From Candidatus Xiphinematobacter sp. (GTDB lineage: Bacteria > Verrucomicrobiota > Verrucomicrobiia > Chthoniobacterales > Xiphinematobacteraceae): a DNA stretch of 64,000 nucleotides. The position numbers and the translations under genes were made by a program. The notes beneath the pieces are model-generated. The model searched no databases, had not been told where the DNA came from, and saw only the letters and a program-made list of their open reading frames with translations. The stretch is from NCBI GenBank assembly GCA_016766635.1, contig CP068473.1:242673-306672 (forward strand), written 5' to 3'. Positions 18,609 through 29,081 of this stretch are shown one piece after another (positions within the stretch are counted from its first letter, which is position 1; every line of letters begins with the position of its first letter).

Positions 18609-19559
18609 ATGAAGGAGAAAAAAAGGGCGAAAAGGCTGTCTTGGTCTCATCCGGCAGACTGGCTATACGTCCTCTGTTGGACAGCCGCAGCAGCCACTGT
18701 AGCACTCCTAGCCTGGATCGTCCTGGAAATTTTCAGCCAGGCACTGCCCTCTCTCAGAAAATTTGGACTGCAGTTCTTTATCCGTGCCTCTTGGAATCCT
18801 AACACGGACCACTTTGGAGCGCTTCCTTTCCTGGTTGGTACCACAATGAGCTCTGTCTTTGCACTCCTCATCGCCCTGCCCCTTGGGATAGCAATTGCAA
18901 TCTTTTTAAGCGAGGATTTTCTCCCTCCTGTATTTCGCCAGTCTATCCGTTTTGTAGTAGAACTTCTTGCTGCTATCCCTAGCGTGGTTTACGGGCTCTG
19001 GGGCGCTGCCATAGTGATTCCAATTGTTCGAAAGGGTGGCAATTGGCTATCCAACTCTCTAGGATTTATTCCCCTATTTCAGGGGCCAGTCTTTGGCAAC
19101 AGCATGTTAGCCGCAAGTTTGATCTTAGCTCTTATGGTGCTGCCCACTATTACCGCCATTTCTCGTAATGCTCTAGTTGACGTGCCTAAAACCCTGAGAG
19201 AAGGAGCGTACGCACTTGGAGCAACCCGTTGGGAAGCAATATTCGGTGTCATTCTACCAACTGCAAGCCCCGGCATTGTCGCTGCGACCATTCTCGCCCT
19301 TGGTCGAGCTATGGGGGAGACAATGGCTGTGGCCATGCTTATCGGGAACAGCACACGGTTAACGTTTTCTCTTTTAGCCCCGGCTGGAACTTTGGCTAGC
19401 CTATTGGCCAATCAATTCGCTGAGGCGGAGGGGCTACAAGTTTCCTCTCTGATGCATGCTGCACTCTTACTAATGTTGCTCACTCTTTTGGTAAATGCTA
19501 CTGGAGAGATCATCCTCAGACGCACCCAACGTATCACGGTAAAAATTCGCCAACGATGA
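18609..19559 (+). CDS. pstC: Phosphate ABC transporter permease PstC
   Basis: 316-aa polytopic protein with the EAA-type loop 'LREGAYALGATRWEAIFGVILP'. It follows pstS and overlaps pstA by 4 nt (ATGA). Confidence 0.9.
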   Translation: MKEKKRAKRLSWSHPADWLYVLCWTAAAATVALLAWIVLEIFSQALPSLRKFGLQFFIRASWNPNTDHFGALPFLVGTTMSSVFALLIALPLGIAIAIFLSEDFLPPVFRQSIRFVVELLAAIPSVVYGLWGAAIVIPIVRKGGNWLSNSLGFIPLFQGPVFGNSMLAASLILALMVLPTITAISRNALVDVPKTLREGAYALGATRWEAIFGVILPTASPGIVAATILALGRAMGETMAVAMLIGNSTRLTFSLLAPAGTLASLLANQFAEAEGLQVSSLMHAALLLMLLTLLVNATGEIILRRTQRITVKIRQR

Positions 19560-20434
19560 TGAGTGTTATAAATTCCCTGGGCCCTCTGGTGGATACATCC
19601 AAAACACCGCAGGTGAAACTGCGTTCCTCCCTCAGCATTTTTTTAAGTTTTATTTGCGCTGGTCTTTCGCTACTTACGCTTATTCCTTTGCTGTCAATCG
19701 TCTTTCTTGTACTCAGAAACGGCGTCCCGCTTCTTAAGCCTTCTCTCTTCACTAGTCTACCACCTGCGGTAGGATCGGCAGGAGGTGGATTTGGCAATGC
19801 TGTTATTGGCACCCTTATCATGGTAAGTCTAGCCTTATTCATTGCAGCCCCAGTTGGTATTCTCGCCGCGATTTATATTAATGAATACGACCGTGGCTCT
19901 GGATTTTCCTGCGCGGTGCGTTTTATAGCCAAGCTGTTAACCGGTATCCCCTCCATTATTTGTGGAATCTTCGTTTTCTCCGTCCTAGTTGTCCACCTAG
20001 GGTTTTCTGCTATGGCGGGTAGCATTGCTCTTGCCATACTTATTCTTCCTACCATTCTTCTTACCTCTGAACAGGCCCTATTGGGGGTACCCTATGCTCT
20101 TCGAGAAGCTTCCACCGGATTGGGTGCCACTGTATTTCAAACCATCTGGTGTATAGTGCTCCCAGAGGCTTTGCCAGCTATGACGACTGGTTTAATGTTA
20201 GCAATTGCTCGCGCTGCAGGTGAGACAGCTCCTGTACTCTTCACGGCGCTCTTTAGCTCTTATTGGCCAAAGTCCATCGGACATCCCACCGCCTCTCTCT
20301 CAGTACTTATTTACAACTTCTCTAACATTCCATACGACTACCAGGCGAATCTGGCGTGGGCTGCTTCATTGGTGCTGGTGGGCATCGTTACGATTACCAG
20401 TGTCACCGCGCAGCTTCTCGTCAGGAAGAGGTGA
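19556..20434 (+). CDS. pstA: Phosphate ABC transporter permease PstA
   Basis: 292-aa polytopic protein with 'LREASTGLGATVFQTIWCIVLPEALP', located between pstC and pstB. Confidence 0.9.
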   Translation: MMSVINSLGPLVDTSKTPQVKLRSSLSIFLSFICAGLSLLTLIPLLSIVFLVLRNGVPLLKPSLFTSLPPAVGSAGGGFGNAVIGTLIMVSLALFIAAPVGILAAIYINEYDRGSGFSCAVRFIAKLLTGIPSIICGIFVFSVLVVHLGFSAMAGSIALAILILPTILLTSEQALLGVPYALREASTGLGATVFQTIWCIVLPEALPAMTTGLMLAIARAAGETAPVLFTALFSSYWPKSIGHPTASLSVLIYNFSNIPYDYQANLAWAASLVLVGIVTITSVTAQLLVRKR

Positions 20435-20577
20435 TTTTAGGTAAAGATTTTAGGTAAATGCGTTGGATTTGGAGTGGCTGGCCAGGCTCCTCCAGTGGAT
20501 TCCCGGATCCGGTGGAGAGGCAGAGAGTGGCGGTACGGAATATAACTAACGACGAAGAGGGCTTGTCCCTGATTACT

Positions 20578-21354
20578 ATGGAGCCAAAATCTGTAAGGCG
20601 GGCAGACTTACTTTCGGTTCAGAACTTCAGCTTCTACTATGGTTCTAAGAAAGCCCTTCACGACATCTCTATGGAAATCCCAGAAGGGGAGGTAACTGCC
20701 TTCATTGGACCTTCGGGATGTGGAAAGTCAACTCTCTTGCGCAACTTTAATCGTATGAACGAGTTGATTGAGGGGGTGCGCCATGAAGGCGATATTACCT
20801 TAATGGGAAGAAGTATCTATGGGCCCCGGGTAGAGGTTATCGCTTTGCGGAGAAGAATTGGCATGGTCTTTCAAAAATCCAATCCCTTTCCCAAGTCCAT
20901 TTACGAAAATATCGTGTACAGTCTTCGGATTGCCGGGCAGAATGAGAGAGATTTCCTGGATCAAACCGTGGAGCGAAGCCTGCGAGATGCCGCACTTTGG
21001 GGGGAGGTCAAAGATCGCCTTCATGAAAGTGCGTTAGGACTCTCAGGTGGTCAAATGCAGCGCCTCTGCATCGCCCGCGCCATTGCGAACCAACCAGAGG
21101 TACTTCTCATGGATGAGCCCTGTTCGGCTCTTGATCCTATTGCCACCGCTAAAGTTGAAGAATTGATCCAGAGGCTTAAACAGAAACTCACCGTTATTAT
21201 AGTTACCCATAACATGCAACAAGCCACACGTTGTTCTGATCGAACTGCATTCTTCTACCTGGGATATCTCGTCGAATATGGTACTACCACAAAGGTCTTT
21301 TCCAATCCCAGAGAGAAACAAACGGAGGACTACATCACGGGGCGTTTTGGCTAA
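20578..21354 (+). CDS. pstB: Phosphate import ATP-binding protein PstB
   Basis: '[14 protein letters not shown]', '[14 protein letters not shown]', '[12 protein letters not shown]' and 'IVTHNMQQA'. The ATG at 20578 gives the normal ~258-aa length. The 20458 extension has no family support. Confidence 0.92.
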   Translation: MEPKSVRRADLLSVQNFSFYYGSKKALHDISMEIPEGEVTAFIGPSGCGKSTLLRNFNRMNELIEGVRHEGDITLMGRSIYGPRVEVIALRRRIGMVFQKSNPFPKSIYENIVYSLRIAGQNERDFLDQTVERSLRDAALWGEVKDRLHESALGLSGGQMQRLCIARAIANQPEVLLMDEPCSALDPIATAKVEELIQRLKQKLTVIIVTHNMQQATRCSDRTAFFYLGYLVEYGTTTKVFSNPREKQTEDYITGRFG

Positions 21355-21400
21355 ACCACATTGGGATGGAGAAGGGGAGAGCTATAAGACGGCCAAAAGG

Positions 21401-22084
21401 ATGAATGCACGTACCTCACGACGCCATATTTTAGGTACGTTCGAAGCCGCGATGACCTCTTTGCGAACGAATGTGCTTATGATGGCAAGTCTTACTCAGA
21501 GAAACTTACAAAACTCCCTCATTGGATTGATTCGCCGTGAGGATCAATCTTGCCTAACCGTCCTTGCCAACGATGAAGAAATTGACGCTCTAGAGGTTCA
21601 GATTGACCGAGAGGGTACTGAGACAATGATGCGCTTTAACCCAGTCGCCTCCGATATGCGAGAGGTCCTAGCTACCATGAAACTAAGTGTTCATCTTGAA
21701 CGCATTGCCGATCAAGCTGTCGGGATTTCACGCAGAGTAATTCGACTCAATGCAGCCCCTCTAGTTCCGGAAGTTATAGCAACTCACGAAATGTTTCGCC
21801 ACGCCACTAGCATGTTTGGGGATGCCCTGCAGGCGTTCGCTAACCGAAATATTGAACTTGCCTTGACACTCAGATCGCGTGATAGAGAGCTGGATGACAT
21901 GAACGAGGAAATTGCTGAGCAACTTAGCGATGCTATGATGCTGAGGGATGTCTTTCGTGTTCGCACCTACTTGAATTTGATTTTTATCGCCCGTTATATT
22001 GAACGCATCGGGGATCATTCTACCAATATTGCGGAGGATACAGTTTTTCTCATCTCAGCACTGGATATCCGACACCGGGACTAA
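21401..22084 (+). CDS. phoU: Phosphate signalling/transport regulator PhoU
   Basis: Two PhoU repeats ('LERIADQAVGISR' and 'IERIGDHSTNIAE'). The ATG at 21401 avoids overlap with pstB. Confidence 0.9.
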   Translation: MNARTSRRHILGTFEAAMTSLRTNVLMMASLTQRNLQNSLIGLIRREDQSCLTVLANDEEIDALEVQIDREGTETMMRFNPVASDMREVLATMKLSVHLERIADQAVGISRRVIRLNAAPLVPEVIATHEMFRHATSMFGDALQAFANRNIELALTLRSRDRELDDMNEEIAEQLSDAMMLRDVFRVRTYLNLIFIARYIERIGDHSTNIAEDTVFLISALDIRHRD

Positions 22085-23134
22085 AAAAGAGTTTACGAAG
22101 GACTTCCGGAAGGGTGATGTGCCCTTCCAATGGAAGGGAATACCCCTTGCGAGGACACGCACTTCTTTCTCTCGTCAACTTCCTGACTGACAAGTCAGTG
22201 TGTAGTTTTGTAGCGGAAATGTTTTGTTACTAGCCTATCCTAGCATAGCCGTCTGGTTCTTTGTTCTTACCTTGGTTGCTGCTGTCGCGGCCATAAATTG
22301 CCGAACCTGTTTGTGTAAATGGTATTTTACTGTGTACCAATCCCCCCATGGAAGTGCTTGGTTATACATAAAATGGTTCGCTGCGCGCTATGGAGATGGC
22401 AACTAGACGGAAAGCTAAAAAGTCAAGGCCATCCTACTAGGCAACGGGCGGCGCTTTAAGACTTCAAACTCCCTTAGATAAGGCATGCATAGAGAAAAGG
22501 TGAGGTACTTCCTCTCCGAAGGAGGTTCTTATAGAGGAGGGTGCCTCGCGCCACACAATCTGTGGAACGACCTATCGGCCTGTATACTGTGTCTTAATGG
22601 ACCGTGGACCGAGAGTCTTTCACTGTGGGAAGCTCCTGGTTGGCCTCACTTTAGCAGCAGAAAAAGCAAAACTGAAGGTGTAGATATAGAACTAACAACT
22701 ATCTTTTCCAGATACTTCGCCTTGAGAAGACACTGTTCTCTATTATCCAAGAATAGAGAAAGCTGACTTCCCACGCGTCCAAAAGGGAAACGTCCCACGA
22801 CTTTTGTTGCTATACGTCCTTGTTGGATAGGCAAGAGACCATGTTTCTTGTATTGTCTCCCTATGGATACTTGCCACTTTCGCTAGCCAGATACATTCTA
22901 TTGGATACTAGAGCGAGTAGAGAACATGCGAATGTAATAGGCTTAATGAGAAGAAAGATACTGGGCCCTTGTCATAAAAAAGATTTTTTACCAAAGGCAT
23001 GAACAACCGCATACGTGCTTGACTGGTCACCGCTGTCTAGGATTCTACTACCGTGCGTGGTAGAAGTGGTTAGGGTAAATTGACCAGTGGGGGGGTTTAG
23101 CCGTATTAACCACTTCCTGTTTCAAAAAAAGAAT

Positions 23135-24406
23135 ATGGAACGAGAAATCCATTTGGATCCTGTTTTCAAGATGGCTCGGCAACAGTTCGACACTGTGGCT
23201 GATATGTTGGAGATCCAAGATGGTGAACGCGATCAGCTGATTCTACCAAAACGGGCGATCTCTATATCAATCCCCATTCATCGCGAAGATGGAAGCATCG
23301 CTGTCTTCCAAGGCTACCGTGTGCAGCATCACCTTGCCCTTGGTCCTACAAAAGGGGGTACCCGCTTTACGCCTTCCTTAACTTTGGGGGAATCTGCGGC
23401 ACTGGCGGTGTGGATGAGCTGGAAATGTGCACTTGCTAGTCTTCCCTACGGTGGCGCAAAGGGAGGAGTCGCGGTAGATCCCAGGAGCCTGACTTTAGTT
23501 GAGCTTCAAAGGATTTCTCGCAGGTACATGTTGGAAATGATTCCCTTCGTCGGACCACAGACGGACATTATGGGGCCAGATTTAGGCACAAATGAACAAA
23601 TTATGGCCTGGTTTATGGATGCCTACTCCTCTCATTCAGGTAAGTCAGTTGCTGAGATTGTCACTGGAAAACCAGCAGCACTAGGTGGATGTGCCGGTAG
23701 AAGAGAGGCTACTGGACGCGGTGTGACATTTCTGGTGGAGCGTGCTTTTAACCACCTGCAGATTAGTCCGCAGGGTCGTACTGCCATCATACAGGGGTTT
23801 GGCAATGTAGGTTCTGTAACAGCCTGCGGTCTTGCCTATCGCACTGGAATGAAAATCATCGGTATCAGCGATCAGGCAGTCGCCATTTACAATCCCAAAG
23901 GAATTGACGTAGCCATGGCAGATCGATATGCCGCGGAACACAATAAGAGTTTAGCAGGATTTTCGGGGGGGGAAGTTATTGACCCTGAAGAACTCCTGAC
24001 CCTTCCTTGTGACGTGCTGATTCCGGCCGCTATAGAGCGCGTTATCACGGCTTCCAATGCCGGAAAACTTCGCTGCCGTATTTTAGCAGAAGCCGCCAAC
24101 GGCCCTACAACCCCGGAGGCTGACGCCATCCTAGATCGAAGGCGGGAGGAGATTTTTGTTATACCAGATATCCTTTGCAATGTAGGCGGCGTTGTGGTGT
24201 CCTACTTCGAGTGGGTCCAAGATATGCAAAACTTCCTTTGGAGCAACACAGAAGTGATTGATAGGTTGTGCAGGATTCTTGAAGGCGCTTTTTCCGCAGT
24301 GGTGCGCAGAGCAAAAGAGAGGGGTATTTCTCACCGGAACTCGGCCCTCTCAATTGGTATCGAACGCGTCCAGGCTGCTAAGCGGATGAGGGGCCTCTTC
24401 CCGTGA
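23135..24406 (+). CDS. gdhA: Glutamate dehydrogenase (Glu/Leu/Phe/Val dehydrogenase family)
   Basis: 'GPTKGGTRF', catalytic-Lys block 'LPYGGAKGGVAVDP' and NAD(P) Rossmann 'IQGFGNVGS'. ATG at 23135 (MEREIHLDPVF). Confidence 0.9.
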   Translation: MEREIHLDPVFKMARQQFDTVADMLEIQDGERDQLILPKRAISISIPIHREDGSIAVFQGYRVQHHLALGPTKGGTRFTPSLTLGESAALAVWMSWKCALASLPYGGAKGGVAVDPRSLTLVELQRISRRYMLEMIPFVGPQTDIMGPDLGTNEQIMAWFMDAYSSHSGKSVAEIVTGKPAALGGCAGRREATGRGVTFLVERAFNHLQISPQGRTAIIQGFGNVGSVTACGLAYRTGMKIIGISDQAVAIYNPKGIDVAMADRYAAEHNKSLAGFSGGEVIDPEELLTLPCDVLIPAAIERVITASNAGKLRCRILAEAANGPTTPEADAILDRRREEIFVIPDILCNVGGVVVSYFEWVQDMQNFLWSNTEVIDRLCRILEGAFSAVVRRAKERGISHRNSALSIGIERVQAAKRMRGLFP

Positions 24407-24807
24407 AAGGGGAAGAGGCACAGTTGGTTCCGCCCACAAGGGTAGGGTAGCTTTTCTTTTTTGCATCCTTAGGCTGCTTGGTACATCCAGCCGGCTGATT
24501 TTCTACCTGGGGGTAACCTAACCATGGAGATTGCAGCGTAGTGGAATGTGCCTAGGACATGTTATTTCCATAGGGACTGTCCCCCTAGTTAAGGGTGGTG
24601 TTAAAATATTAAACTACCGCAAGTGAGCTGTGTGCATGCAGGGGAGGGGGACATGCTGGAGAAGGGGGGGGGAGCGCTTGCTCTCCGAGAGCCCCCGCTG
24701 CCCTAGGAGACACTGCGTTACTTGACTTAAGTCATTGACTGGCAACTTATAGAAAATTATCCTGTCTTCAGTCCTTGTTTTTCTCTCGTTCTTCTCAAAT
24801 TCTTTTG

Positions 24808-26559
24808 ATGCAATCGGTTTTGTTTGTTTGTGCCGGCAATACTTGCCGCAGCCCAATGGCAGAAGCTCTCTTGAAAAAGCTGCTGTGCGATCGAAAAGAT
24901 GTCGAGGTGTGGTCTGCCGGCCTCCATGCCCTTTCTAATGCCCTCCCCAGTCAATTTGCCTCACAGATTCTTCAGGAGGAGGAAGGCATTGATATTTCTT
25001 CCCATCGGAGTCGTCCTCTTGTGGAGGAACACATTAGGCGTGCCACACATATCTTTGTTATGAGTCGTGAACAGAAAAGGAGACTCACGCTATTTTATCC
25101 ATCAGCTGCGAGTAGGTCTTTTCTGCTTCGTGAACTTGAATCCTCCGATACATCCCTGGATATCCCAGATCCCATCGGGAACGATCTGGGGACATATCGG
25201 CGGTGTAAGGATACAATTAAGAATGCTGTACAAAAAATTCTTGCCCTCTTGGACCGCTTGCCCTCTTCCTTTCCTACCCTTCCGCAATTGGATACTTTGG
25301 ACCCCGAGACTGCCCAGGCGATTTTCGGTGAGCAACGCCGACAGTTTGAACACATCGAACTCATTGCCTCAGAGAACTATGCGAGTGTCGCGGTAATGCA
25401 GGCTCAAAGCTCCTGCCTTACAAATAAATATGCAGAAGGCTATCCAGGAAGACGATGGTACGGTGGCTGTGAGTTTGTAGATACCATAGAATTACTTGCC
25501 GTTGAGCGTGCTAAAAAGCTATTCGGCGCCGAACATGCAAACGTCCAGCCTCATTCAGGAAGTCAAGCAAATATGGCTGTATGTTCTAGCTGTCTAGAGC
25601 CTGGCGATCGTGTGCTGACGATGGACCTCTCTCATGGAGGGCACCTTACTCATGGTCACAAGGCAAATTTTTCTGGAAAACTCTATGAGATATACCACTA
25701 TGGAGTGGATCAACGAACAGAAAGAATTGATTATGACGCCTTGGTCCGTCAGGCTGAGACGGTTCGTCCTAAGCTGATCATAGCGGGAGCTTCTGCTTAT
25801 TCCCGCATCATTAATTTTGCCTTGTTTAAGCAAATTGCTGATCTGGTCGACGCGTTGTTACTTGTAGATATGGCACACATCGCTGGCCTGGTAGCCGGCG
25901 GAGTACATCCGAGCCCTGTTCCCTATGCCGATTTTGTAACTGCCACTACCCATAAAAGTCTCCGGGGGCCCCGTGCTGGACTAATCCTATGCAAACAACA
26001 ACATGCCAAAAAGGTGGACTCCACCGTTTTTCCTGGTGTACAGGGTGGACCACTGCCACATGTTATTGCCGCAAAAGCAGTCTGCTTTTATGAGGCGCTG
26101 CAACCCGCTTTCGCATCCTATGCACGGCAAGTTATTGCTAATAGCAGATTACTTGCTGCCCAGCTCTCTGCGCTGGGCTATCGCATCGTCTCTGGCGGCA
26201 CAGACAATCACATGTTTCTCTTGGACCTCCGTCCTCAAAACATTCATGGGGCTGAGGCCCAAGGTATCCTGGATAAAGCTGCTATCACAGTTAATAAAAA
26301 TGCGTTGCCATTCGACACAGAACCTATCACAAAAACCGGAGGTGTTCGTCTTGGCACACCGGCCGTGACTACGAGAGGAGTAAAGGAGGAGGACATTGGG
26401 GAAATTGCAGGTTTTGTCGATGCTGCCCTCAAAGTGCGTGCAGACGATCAAGCCCTCGCGAAGATTCGTTCCAAGGTGGTCGACTTTACTTTGGGGTTCC
26501 CTCCTCCCGCGGTCCATCCTAGTGGATGGCTTCCCCTATGGAAAGTGGTTTCCTACTAA
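24808..26559 (+). CDS. glyA: In-frame fusion: low-molecular-weight protein phosphatase domain + serine hydroxymethyltransferase
   Basis: The N-terminal ~155 aa carry the LMW-PTP P-loop '[16 protein letters not shown]' (CX5RS) and the DP acid 'DIPDPIG'. From about '[28 protein letters not shown]' onward it is a full SHMT with 'HSGSQAN' and the PLP-Lys block '[12 protein letters not shown]'. There is no stop and no ATG between the two parts. Confidence 0.85.
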   Translation: MQSVLFVCAGNTCRSPMAEALLKKLLCDRKDVEVWSAGLHALSNALPSQFASQILQEEEGIDISSHRSRPLVEEHIRRATHIFVMSREQKRRLTLFYPSAASRSFLLRELESSDTSLDIPDPIGNDLGTYRRCKDTIKNAVQKILALLDRLPSSFPTLPQLDTLDPETAQAIFGEQRRQFEHIELIASENYASVAVMQAQSSCLTNKYAEGYPGRRWYGGCEFVDTIELLAVERAKKLFGAEHANVQPHSGSQANMAVCSSCLEPGDRVLTMDLSHGGHLTHGHKANFSGKLYEIYHYGVDQRTERIDYDALVRQAETVRPKLIIAGASAYSRIINFALFKQIADLVDALLLVDMAHIAGLVAGGVHPSPVPYADFVTATTHKSLRGPRAGLILCKQQHAKKVDSTVFPGVQGGPLPHVIAAKAVCFYEALQPAFASYARQVIANSRLLAAQLSALGYRIVSGGTDNHMFLLDLRPQNIHGAEAQGILDKAAITVNKNALPFDTEPITKTGGVRLGTPAVTTRGVKEEDIGEIAGFVDAALKVRADDQALAKIRSKVVDFTLGFPPPAVHPSGWLPLWKVVSY

Positions 26560-27330
26560 GAGCTAGAGCTAGGTTCCTGCTAAGAGCTAGTCTAGTCTAG
26601 GGATGACCGCACCTTTGGACCCTATTAAGGAGGGATAAGAGAAAGTACAGCTAAGCAGTCCGTTTCCAAACTGCCTTTTCCTATCCCATCTCTGGAGGAA
26701 CGTTCCTCATCTTCATAGCCTCCGTTAGCATAAGGTGTGCAACTGGACCGCTTTTTTTCGGTAGGGGCAACACGTATCTCCTTCCTCCTAAGGAAGGAGA
26801 TACAAAGTGAGCGACGAAGGCAAGGCATCAACCATACTGTTCTCCATTTTGTTCCCCCTCTATTTGGATCCAGTAGATCCATTCGGGATCCAGTAGAATC
26901 TGGCCGGCGCTACCCTGAAATAGGAAGGGTTGCTAGGTCAAGTGCAAGATGTGCGCTTTTACCAAGACTTCCTCGGCAAAAAAAATCCTGCGGATGGAAG
27001 CAATGCCTTCTTATCCTCATTCTCCCCCCATTCTTGCTAAGTTTTTTTTTCTTTCTTAACATGTGCAGTGCTGCAAGGGCCTAAAGTTAATGCGATCCTC
27101 CTATTGCAGGGATTTGACTAAGACTCAGAAACAGACCGCCCGCTCTCCTCTATTCTCCGAAAGTTTCCTACTATGCCTGCTTCAGGAGCCTCGGTAGGCG
27201 GCTTTTATCCTTACTGCAGGCAAATGAAAGGCATTGAAAGACTGAATATCTAATTGACTTGGGGGAGACCCCTGAGACTTCCACCCATAACTGACATAGG
27301 TAGGCTCACGGGCTGGTTTCCCATTGCGAT

Positions 27331-28452
27331 ATGTCTATTCCATCACTCCATAGGCCCAGGACCTTCTATCTTGTAACGGGCTCAGAAGAAGCTGCAGTCC
27401 GATCCAGCGCCGTAAATCTGGCCGAGCGCTTGGTACCGCGTGCGTGTTCCTTCGCTAGGGAAGTTATTGATGGGGCGGCAGAAACGGTTGGTCGTGCGAT
27501 AGCAGCCATTACAAGTACTATTCAAGCTCTATTGACTGCTCCATTCTTACATGAGAACAAGTTGGTCTGGTTGAGAAATGCCTCGATGCTCACGGACCCT
27601 GTAATCGGACGCTCAACAGTTCTCAACTCCGTCCTAGAAGAGCTGCAAAATATCCTAAAATCTGGCATTCCCACCGGTGTCTTCTTTCTCCTGAGCGCGC
27701 CCGCTGCAGATAGGCGAAGGTCCACTTATAAGGCATTAGCCAAGCTGGCAGAGGTAATAATTTGCGATGGCCCTAGCTTGAGGGGGCACGCCACTAGAAC
27801 TGATATCACTGAGTGGATAAAAAAAAACTCTGCAAAGCGTCAGTTCCATTTTGAACCTGCTGCCCTAGATCTCTTTGTGATTCGTGTTGGGGAGGATACC
27901 CTTTTGGCTGAGTCAGAGCTTGAAAAACTTTCCATATCGTTAAGTTCAGAAACCGGTAATACCGTCACGGAGGCTATGGTGCGCGAGCTAATCCCCAGTA
28001 CACGTGCAAGCAGCATCTTTGATCTCTCCAACGCAATCTTGACCCGCAATGCACCACTCTGCTTAGAGTTCCTACGAGAACTCATCCTTCAAGGCGAACA
28101 AGCTCTCAGCATTTTCTTAGTGGCCATAGTTCCTACCGTACGTAACCTCCTTATCGTCAAAAGTCTCATAGAACACCACGACATCTCCCCACCCATAAGC
28201 GCGAATGCCTTTGTTCACTCAATTAAAAAACTTCCCATTGGAGCAGTTTCTCATCTTCCAAGAAAAAAAGACGGTACCATAAACACATACGCCCTCGGGC
28301 TTTCTGCGATACACTCTGCCAGATACTCACAGGCAGAACTTAGAATTGCTCTAAGGAAATGTCTGGAAGCAAATCATTCGCTCACTAATCCCTCCCCATT
28401 GGGAGAAGTCGCCATTCTCACGCGTCTCCTTTTACATATTGTGGTAAGATAA
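27331..28452 (+). CDS. holA: DNA polymerase III delta subunit (HolA), probable
   Basis: 373 aa. 'FYLVTGSEEAAV', 'LAESELEKLSI' and 'IFDLSNAILTRNAPLCLEFLRELILQGEQALSIF' follow the HolA pattern (YLLyGeE..., ELeKL, iFdL.dAi..g....al..l..L...ge.p..i). Confidence 0.65.
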   Translation: MSIPSLHRPRTFYLVTGSEEAAVRSSAVNLAERLVPRACSFAREVIDGAAETVGRAIAAITSTIQALLTAPFLHENKLVWLRNASMLTDPVIGRSTVLNSVLEELQNILKSGIPTGVFFLLSAPAADRRRSTYKALAKLAEVIICDGPSLRGHATRTDITEWIKKNSAKRQFHFEPAALDLFVIRVGEDTLLAESELEKLSISLSSETGNTVTEAMVRELIPSTRASSIFDLSNAILTRNAPLCLEFLRELILQGEQALSIFLVAIVPTVRNLLIVKSLIEHHDISPPISANAFVHSIKKLPIGAVSHLPRKKDGTINTYALGLSAIHSARYSQAELRIALRKCLEANHSLTNPSPLGEVAILTRLLLHIVVR

Positions 28453-28584
28453 CTCTATACCCCAACCGCACCTTCCAACCTAATTCTAGGTAACTAGGTG
28501 GAGTGCAATATCCTGCTTTTCCAATACCATTTCCCTGTGATTCTGCCAACAAAGCTTCACCGCGCCAACTATTCAAATCCCTCT

Positions 28585-29070
28585 GTGAGTCGTTTTGTGT
28601 CGCTTTGGTCCACTATCCTCCTTCTTATTGGATCAGTCGGCTGCGGGGTGCTTAAGCCGATCAGCCCTATAGTTTGTGACCCTATCAGCATACAAAGAAG
28701 GTCTGCTCTGGGGGGTGGTTCCAAAGGTCATTTTATTGGAAGACGGATGTACAAAGTGGACTACAAGACATGGGGTTGGATAAGAAAACCTAAGGAGCGT
28801 TGGAGCAATGCCAAGTTGTCCATATTAAATGAGCAAACATGCCTTACTCCCGATCGAAAGCTAAATAGGATTGGATTTGACAATAACTACGAGTACTCCC
28901 TTGAGGGATATTTTTCTGGTCAAACCGTATATGAGCCTGCGAGTAATCAGTTCTATCCAGAGTTTGTTTTGCTGCAGGCCGTTCTCCTTTCCGTTGCACC
29001 GGTTAATATCTACCGGTACAAGGAACAGCTTAATCCCAATTGCCGTTTGCTTGTTCCCCCCTGTCCTTAG
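28585..29070 (+). CDS. Hypothetical lipoprotein
   Basis: A GTG at 28585 gives 'VSRFVSLWSTILLLIGSVGC', a lipobox-like signal peptide. No recognisable family. The ORF track version starts at 28498. The stop lies 11 nt before ybjQ. Confidence 0.4.
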   Translation: MSRFVSLWSTILLLIGSVGCGVLKPISPIVCDPISIQRRSALGGGSKGHFIGRRMYKVDYKTWGWIRKPKERWSNAKLSILNEQTCLTPDRKLNRIGFDNNYEYSLEGYFSGQTVYEPASNQFYPEFVLLQAVLLSVAPVNIYRYKEQLNPNCRLLVPPCP

Positions 29071-29081
29071 GTATAAGCAAT

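Noticed and set aside
20458-20577. N-terminal extensions suggested by the ORF track: pstB from 20458, phoU from 21278, PPTase from 53440, ruvA to 9495, gdhA from 23087, proS from 37229, and the epimerase from 36215.
   Set aside because: The extensions overlap upstream genes or add sequence with no homology to the family. Internal ATGs give proteins of canonical length and canonical N-termini.
22224-22406. 60-aa hydrophobic, Cys-rich ORF considered as a real small membrane protein.
   Set aside because: There is no RBS or family support. It is mentioned under the gap finding but not called as a feature.
24388-24418. Hairpin CCTCTTCC-cgtgaaagg-GGAAGAGG spanning the gdhA stop codon, considered as an intrinsic terminator.
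   Set aside because: No U-tract follows it, so a terminator cannot be supported from sequence alone.
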